27,114 bases of DNA from Oscillospiraceae bacterium (GTDB taxonomy: Bacteria; Bacillota; Clostridia; Oscillospirales; Ruminococcaceae). Below the pieces are notes generated by a model. The model was not told where the DNA came from. It searched no databases and saw only the letters and a list, made by a program, of their open reading frames with translations. Made by a program: the position numbers and the translations under genes. Below are positions 22,453-27,114 of this stretch, in pieces (the first letter of the stretch is position 1; every line of letters starts with the position of its first letter). Location: contig JAZQBN010000050.1 in assembly GCA_045545795.1 (NCBI GenBank), forward strand, positions 1-27,114, written 5' to 3'.

Positions 22453-23676
22453 TCAAATATTAAATGCTTCACATATTCTCTTACAGTTATTACAATCACG
22501 ATACTTAATCATTTCAGTTGAAATTTTATTCCTTTTTTCTCTTGATGAATCAACATCATATGCAATTTCACCAATAAATCTACACATATCGTTATAATCA
22601 TAAATTTCCGTTCCCGGTAACCATTCTTTTATATTTTCAAATACAAATCCTCTGCTGTCTTCGTATTCTTCAACATCATCAAGAGTAAAAGCTATAGGTT
22701 TATTTGCATTTAAAAAATCAACAGTAGCCGATGAATAATCGCTAATCAAGGCATCTGCTGAAGCAAGCAATCTGTTGATAACCAAATCTTTTTTATATAA
22801 TTCATAGTTATCAATTATTTTTATATTCGAGCAGTCTGACTTTTTTATAGATGATTTTTTTTGAAACGGGTGTAACTTAACAATAAGCACCATATCATTC
22901 TCAACAAGAATATTATTTAATTGTTTCATCTGATTTATATTCTCTATTATCGGTAATCCTGTTTCAGGATTAAGTTCATATTGTTTGATATGAGAAAATT
23001 TCTCATCTGTTGTTCTGTATGTCGGAAGCCAAAAAATATATTTTTTAGCTAACGGACAATCCAAAATAAGCGATAAGCTTTCATTATATGGTTTAAACAA
23101 CCAGTCATGCTTCGCATATCCGGTAATTATAACCTGTTCGTCACGCAATCCATATATTTTTTTGTGGATATCTGCATATAATGGGCTGATAACTGTTGTA
23201 TAATCATACTTGTCTTCACATCTTCCAAAATTCAGCCTTGTTTTAAAACCGCAGCCGTGCCATAATTGTATTCTTGCCTGATCTTTACGAGAGTTCAACG
23301 CAAAACCATATGTATCAGTGAAAAAAATATATTTGGCAAGACATAATGCACGATAATATTCTTCCTGCTGTGATGTTGATCCGCTGTCTTCCCAATCAAA
23401 TGACAGGAATTTGACATTAGTATGTTTTTTGTACCGTGAAAATTCACAAGGATTTTTTACCAACCAAACAAGTTCGTATTTTTGATTATAGTTATTTTCA
23501 AGCATATATTCAAACAACGCTCTTGAATTGTCAAAAAAATCTGTACCTTCAATATATTGCGAACGCATTGGCCCGCTACGGAAAACAATTATATTTTCTA
23601 ATGGATAATCTTTGTATTTGCTACGATATTTTTCCTCTATTATTTCCGCAGCTTTTTTTTCAACAACATTCTTCAT
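22453..23676 (-). CDS. CDP-alditol:poly(alditol phosphate) phosphotransferase, TagB/TagF/TarL family
   Basis: C-terminal signature LISDYSSATVDFLNANKPIAFTLDDVEEYEDSRGF, typical of the Glyphos_transf family. 407 aa. Confidence 0.8.
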   Translation of the reverse strand: MKNVVEKKAAEIIEEKYRSKYKDYPLENIIVFRSGPMRSQYIEGTDFFDNSRALFEYMLENNYNQKYELVWLVKNPCEFSRYKKHTNVKFLSFDWEDSGSTSQQEEYYRALCLAKYIFFTDTYGFALNSRKDQARIQLWHGCGFKTRLNFGRCEDKYDYTTVISPLYADIHKKIYGLRDEQVIITGYAKHDWLFKPYNESLSLILDCPLAKKYIFWLPTYRTTDEKFSHIKQYELNPETGLPIIENINQMKQLNNILVENDMVLIVKLHPFQKKSSIKKSDCSNIKIIDNYELYKKDLVINRLLASADALISDYSSATVDFLNANKPIAFTLDDVEEYEDSRGFVFENIKEWLPGTEIYDYNDMCRFIGEIAYDVDSSREKRNKISTEMIKYRDCNNCKRICEAFNI

Positions 23677-23808
23677 AATATCCTCACTTATATTAATCCA
23701 TCGGATTCAATATATTGTTCTTTCTGTTAAAAATACAACATTTTATTTTAAAACACTCAATTACAAAAGTTTTATCTTTATTTCTAATGATTTCAATTTT
23801 TTATAATA

Positions 23809-25128
23809 TTACAAACGCCAATAAATATAATTACTATTCATCTTATTTTTGTCAAAAATCCCTTTGATATCAATTAATACACGTTCACAAGGTTTTGACT
23901 CCGATTTAAAAAACTGTGATACCTTAATTTCTGTATATTCCTTAAATTCATTATGTGCAACTGCAAAAATCACACAATCAGCGTTTTGTATTTCATCAAT
24001 ATTTTTTAGTTCAACACCATATTCCTTTCGGACCTCTTCTGCATCAGCCCAAGGATCAACAACTATAGGGAAAATTTCATATTCTTGTAATGTTTTAATA
24101 ATATCATATACCTTGCTATTTCTGATATCAGGACAATTCTCTTTAAAAGTTATCCCCATAATTACAACATTTGCTTTCTTGGGTGCAAAATCAGCAAGAA
24201 CCATCTTCTTAACAATCGTTTCGCCAATAAATTTACCCATTCCATCATTTACTTTTCTGCCCGACAAAATTATTTGGCTATGATATCCTAATTTTTCTGC
24301 TTCGTATGTAAAATAATACGGATCAACGCCTATACAATGCCCGCCAACAAGACCTGGTCTAAACCCCAATGCATTCCATTTTGTGTTCATACCATCAACA
24401 ACTTCGTTGGTATCGATGCCCATTCTATCGAAAACCATTGCGAGTTCATTCATAAACGCAATATTTATATCTCGTTGACTATTTTCAACAACTTTTATTG
24501 CTTCAGCTGTTTTTATTGAGCTTACAGGATATGTGCCAATCTCGATAACTATATCATAAATGTTTTTTACTTCATCTAATGTTTCCTTATCCATGCCTGA
24601 CACTATTTTTTTTATATTCTCAAGACGATGAATCTTGTCTCCGGGATTTATTCTTTCAGGAGAATAAGCCACTTTGAAATCAATTCCACATTTAAATCCG
24701 GATTCGTGTTCAAGTATAGGTATACAAATATCTTCTGTTACTCCTGGATATACTGTTGATTCAAAAACTACAATTGAACCTTTTGTTAGATTTCTTCCTA
24801 CAATTTTAGATGCTTCTTCAACCGGCTTAAGATTAGGTGTGTGGTCTTGATTAATTGGTGTGGGAACTGCTACTATATGAAATTTTGCTTCGCGAAGTTT
24901 TGTCTCGTCAGATGTAAATTCAACAGTTGAATCTTTTATAACATCATTGCCTACTTCATTTGTAGGGTCTATTCCCGATTTATACATTTCAATCTTTGTC
25001 TTGTTAAGATCAAAACCGATAACATTTACTTTTTTTGCAAATGCTACTGCTATAGGCATACCTACATATCCAAGACCGACAAGAGAGATTTTTTCTTCTC
25101 TGTTCTTTATTTTTTCATATAGCGACAT
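23809..25128 (-). CDS. Nucleotide-sugar 6-dehydrogenase (TviB/WbpO-like UDP-GlcNAc/GalNAc dehydrogenase)
   Basis: N-terminal ISLVGLGYVGMP Rossmann motif and catalytic GGHCIGVDPYY. I chose the ATG at 25128, 9 nt after GGAG. Confidence 0.88.
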   Translation of the reverse strand: MSLYEKIKNREEKISLVGLGYVGMPIAVAFAKKVNVIGFDLNKTKIEMYKSGIDPTNEVGNDVIKDSTVEFTSDETKLREAKFHIVAVPTPINQDHTPNLKPVEEASKIVGRNLTKGSIVVFESTVYPGVTEDICIPILEHESGFKCGIDFKVAYSPERINPGDKIHRLENIKKIVSGMDKETLDEVKNIYDIVIEIGTYPVSSIKTAEAIKVVENSQRDINIAFMNELAMVFDRMGIDTNEVVDGMNTKWNALGFRPGLVGGHCIGVDPYYFTYEAEKLGYHSQIILSGRKVNDGMGKFIGETIVKKMVLADFAPKKANVVIMGITFKENCPDIRNSKVYDIIKTLQEYEIFPIVVDPWADAEEVRKEYGVELKNIDEIQNADCVIFAVAHNEFKEYTEIKVSQFFKSESKPCERVLIDIKGIFDKNKMNSNYIYWRL

Positions 25129-25144
25129 TTTACATTTCTCCTTC

Positions 25145-25888
25145 TTATATATCTTGAAATAATGAGCTTTTTTCAACAACATTTCCTAAATCAGTAATAT
25201 TTTCTAAAAGGTTATCGTATCTGTCAATTGGTGCTCTATTGATAAAATCAACTATGTCCATATAAATATTTCTGTCTTTTTCATTCGAATACCAAATCGG
25301 ATGAGTTAATATATGTAATCTATTGAATTGTGCAGATTCAATTATGTCAATAACGGGTTCTCTCCAATGCCTTCTTGAATCTGAAACATACTTCATATCT
25401 GACAAATACGTTTTTGAATATGTATTAACAAAACGATTATTTCTTATATCACTGACAATAATCCGAGTTGAAGGTCTATGCATAGATACAACATTTATAT
25501 TAAATCCCACAACCGACGATAATATATCCATTTCTTCTATTATTTTATTTTCCAGCTCTTCGAGTGATGAGATTTCATATTGAGTTTCATCAAAATGTAA
25601 TCCTATTTTTCCGCCATTATTCAAAATATTTTCAATATTCTTTTTAGAATTATATGAAAATATATTATACATATTAGTTGATAAAAGTAAATTATATACT
25701 GCACCGCCGCCAAAAAGTTCCTTCTCAAAAAGCGAAAACTCTGCAGCTTTACTTATATCAAAATCAACATCATGTCTAAAAATCACAGACTTTTCGCTTT
25801 CCTGCCAGTTGTTGTAATTTTTTATAGCATATCCATTATTCAAAACAGATGTTACAAGTTTCTCATACGCTTTAAAAGTAAAATCCAT
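25145..25888 (-). CDS. Hypothetical protein, possibly polysaccharide-deacetylase (CE4)-like
   Basis: FRHDVDFD and GLHFDE motifs are reminiscent of CE4-type metal sites. The assignment is weak. It lies in-operon between the methyltransferase and the dehydrogenase. Confidence 0.5.
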   Translation of the reverse strand: MDFTFKAYEKLVTSVLNNGYAIKNYNNWQESEKSVIFRHDVDFDISKAAEFSLFEKELFGGGAVYNLLLSTNMYNIFSYNSKKNIENILNNGGKIGLHFDETQYEISSLEELENKIIEEMDILSSVVGFNINVVSMHRPSTRIIVSDIRNNRFVNTYSKTYLSDMKYVSDSRRHWREPVIDIIESAQFNRLHILTHPIWYSNEKDRNIYMDIVDFINRAPIDRYDNLLENITDLGNVVEKSSLFQDI

Positions 25889-25914
25889 ATTTTTATTCTT
25901 TCTTTTAATTTACA

Positions 25915-26694
25915 TTATTTCTTTTGACATATGTATATATTAGTTTTCTTCTCTAAATACAAATTACTGATTTCTTCATCAGTACATAATTCAGACACAT
26001 TGATTTTTTTTACATCAAATCCTGCATTTTCCATACGTTTTGAAAAATCGCGTCCATATAAACGAATTACAGAATGTATGCCTGATTTGATTTCAGAATC
26101 ATACATTTCATTTTCAACGGTTTTATCAAGATTTTCATATTCTGTAACACAAATGAATAAAACACCTGTTGGCTTCAAAACTCGTTTTAATTCCGATAAT
26201 GCTTTTTCTTCATCTTTAATACAATCAAGAACACAAAATGCAATTATTACATCAAATGATTCGTTTTCATAAGGTATGTCTATCATATCTACAGCACGAA
26301 TAATACCTTTCTTTGAAGGATTATAATCAACAGGATAATATTCTATCTGTTCATTGTTTGTAAAGTATTCCCATATTCCTGATTCGGGGGCAAAATGCAA
26401 AACAGTATTTTTCCTGTTTACATCAAAATATTTATTATAATTTTCAATTAAATATTTAAAGAAAAATCTATGTCGTTCTGCTGTTCCGCACACAGGGCAA
26501 ACTGCATTTGAACGAATATGCTCTGTATCTCCCGTGGGAAGATATAATCTGATTTCGTTATTGCATATCGGACAAACTTTTTTCTCCGGTATCATTTTAT
26601 CATACATATCGCAAATCATTGATTCTAATATGCGAATTCTTCTTTCAAGTATATATCTTGATTTTTTTAACTCATATATTTCTTTTTCTATCAT
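25915..26694 (-). CDS. Class I SAM-dependent methyltransferase with an N-terminal CxxC...CxxC zinc ribbon
   Basis: CPICNN...CPVCG, VLHFAPE, FDVIIAFCVLDCI, LKPTGVLFI (Methyltransf_11-like). Confidence 0.85.
   Translation of the reverse strand: MIEKEIYELKKSRYILERRIRILESMICDMYDKMIPEKKVCPICNNEIRLYLPTGDTEHIRSNAVCPVCGTAERHRFFFKYLIENYNKYFDVNRKNTVLHFAPESGIWEYFTNNEQIEYYPVDYNPSKKGIIRAVDMIDIPYENESFDVIIAFCVLDCIKDEEKALSELKRVLKPTGVLFICVTEYENLDKTVENEMYDSEIKSGIHSVIRLYGRDFSKRMENAGFDVKKINVSELCTDEEISNLYLEKKTNIYICQKK
26165..26283. repeat. 119-bp tract 100% identical to 26996-27114 (offset 831 bp) within the tandem methyltransferase paralogues
   Basis: Direct base-by-base comparison. Identity continues to the window edge, while flanking 3' coding sequence is strongly diverged. 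Confidence 0.95.
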
Positions 26695-26745
26695 AATAAT
26701 TTCCCTTTCATAATTGCATCTTTTAAATATATTCCGTATGTATGA

Positions 26746-27114
26746 TTATGTTTTATTACATATATATATATTGGTTCTCTTATCTAAATATAAATCACTG
26801 ATTTCTTCATCGGTACATAATTCAGACATATTAATTTTTTTAATATCAAATCCTGCATTTTCCATACGTTTGGGGAAATCACGTCCATATAAACGAAATG
26901 AGGTGTATGTGAATGTAAGTAGTTCAGGATTATATAACTGGTTATTTATTGTATGTTCAAGATTTGGATTATCACCAACACAAATGAATAAAACGCCTGT
27001 TGGCTTCAAAACTCGTTTTAATTCCGATAATGCTTTTTCTTCATCTTTAATACAATCAAGAACACAAAATGCAATTATTACATCAAATGATTCGTTTTCA
27101 TAAGGTATGTCTAT
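26746..27114 (-). CDS. Second SAM-methyltransferase paralogue (3' part only; the 5' end lies beyond the window)
   Basis: The frame stays open to the window edge. The C-terminal 87 aa are paralogous to 25915-26175, and the upstream part is nucleotide-identical to copy 1. Confidence 0.75.
   Translation of the reverse strand: MDIPYENESFDVIIAFCVLDCIKDEEKALSELKRVLKPTGVLFICVGDNPNLEHTINNQLYNPELLTFTYTSFRLYGRDFPKRMENAGFDIKKINMSELCTDEEISDLYLDKRTNIYICNKT

Noticed and set aside
26714-27103. 129-aa + strand ORF resembling the + strand ORF at 25931-26272.
   Set aside because: Both are antisense shadows of the tandem methyltransferase paralogues. Their similarity only reflects the duplication.

Overview
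Low-GC, Firmicutes/Clostridia-like DNA, judged from GGAGG-type RBSs, the gene families present and AT-rich intergenic regions. I see no rRNA, no CRISPR array and no complete tRNA. The window falls into four blocks.

(I) 130-5700, + strand. A tightly packed 8-gene operon of nucleic-acid-end enzymes: KptA/Tpt1 RNA 2'-phosphotransferase, a KNTase-like nucleotidyltransferase, an R2K-type ATP-grasp protein, two different metallophosphoesterases, a small Cys-rich protein, a GNAT, and a minimal KxDG ligase-like nucleotidyltransferase. It is bracketed by ~67-bp direct repeats and shows internal recombination scars. I rank this as the best candidate for an undescribed system, either RNA end-healing/sealing or conflict-related.

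(II) 5700-10140. An orphan 153-aa gene, a RecQ-family helicase with a ~290-aa uncharacterised C-terminal region, and a convergent AAA+/DUF4143-type ATPase. The ATPase promoter lies inside four phased 14-bp repeats.

(III) 10140-18320. Integrative-element scar tissue. It holds Xis-like + tyrosine integrase (+ strand), a promoter-driven membrane protein + MutS-domain-V ATPase pair, and 1.1 kb of ORF-free DNA full of phased short repeats. It also holds a 45-nt 3' fragment of tRNA-Trp(CCA) with its terminator, then a second integrase <- Xis <- XRE-HTH module on the - strand.

(IV) 18860-27114, - strand. A very AT-rich cell-wall glycopolymer locus: Rpe-like epimerase, TarI/TarJ CDP-ribitol module, TagF-like phosphotransferase, hexapeptide acyltransferase and a UDP-HexNAc 6-dehydrogenase. 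It ends in tandem SAM-methyltransferase paralogues, the second cut by the window edge.

All functional calls come from motif recognition by eye. No searches were run.
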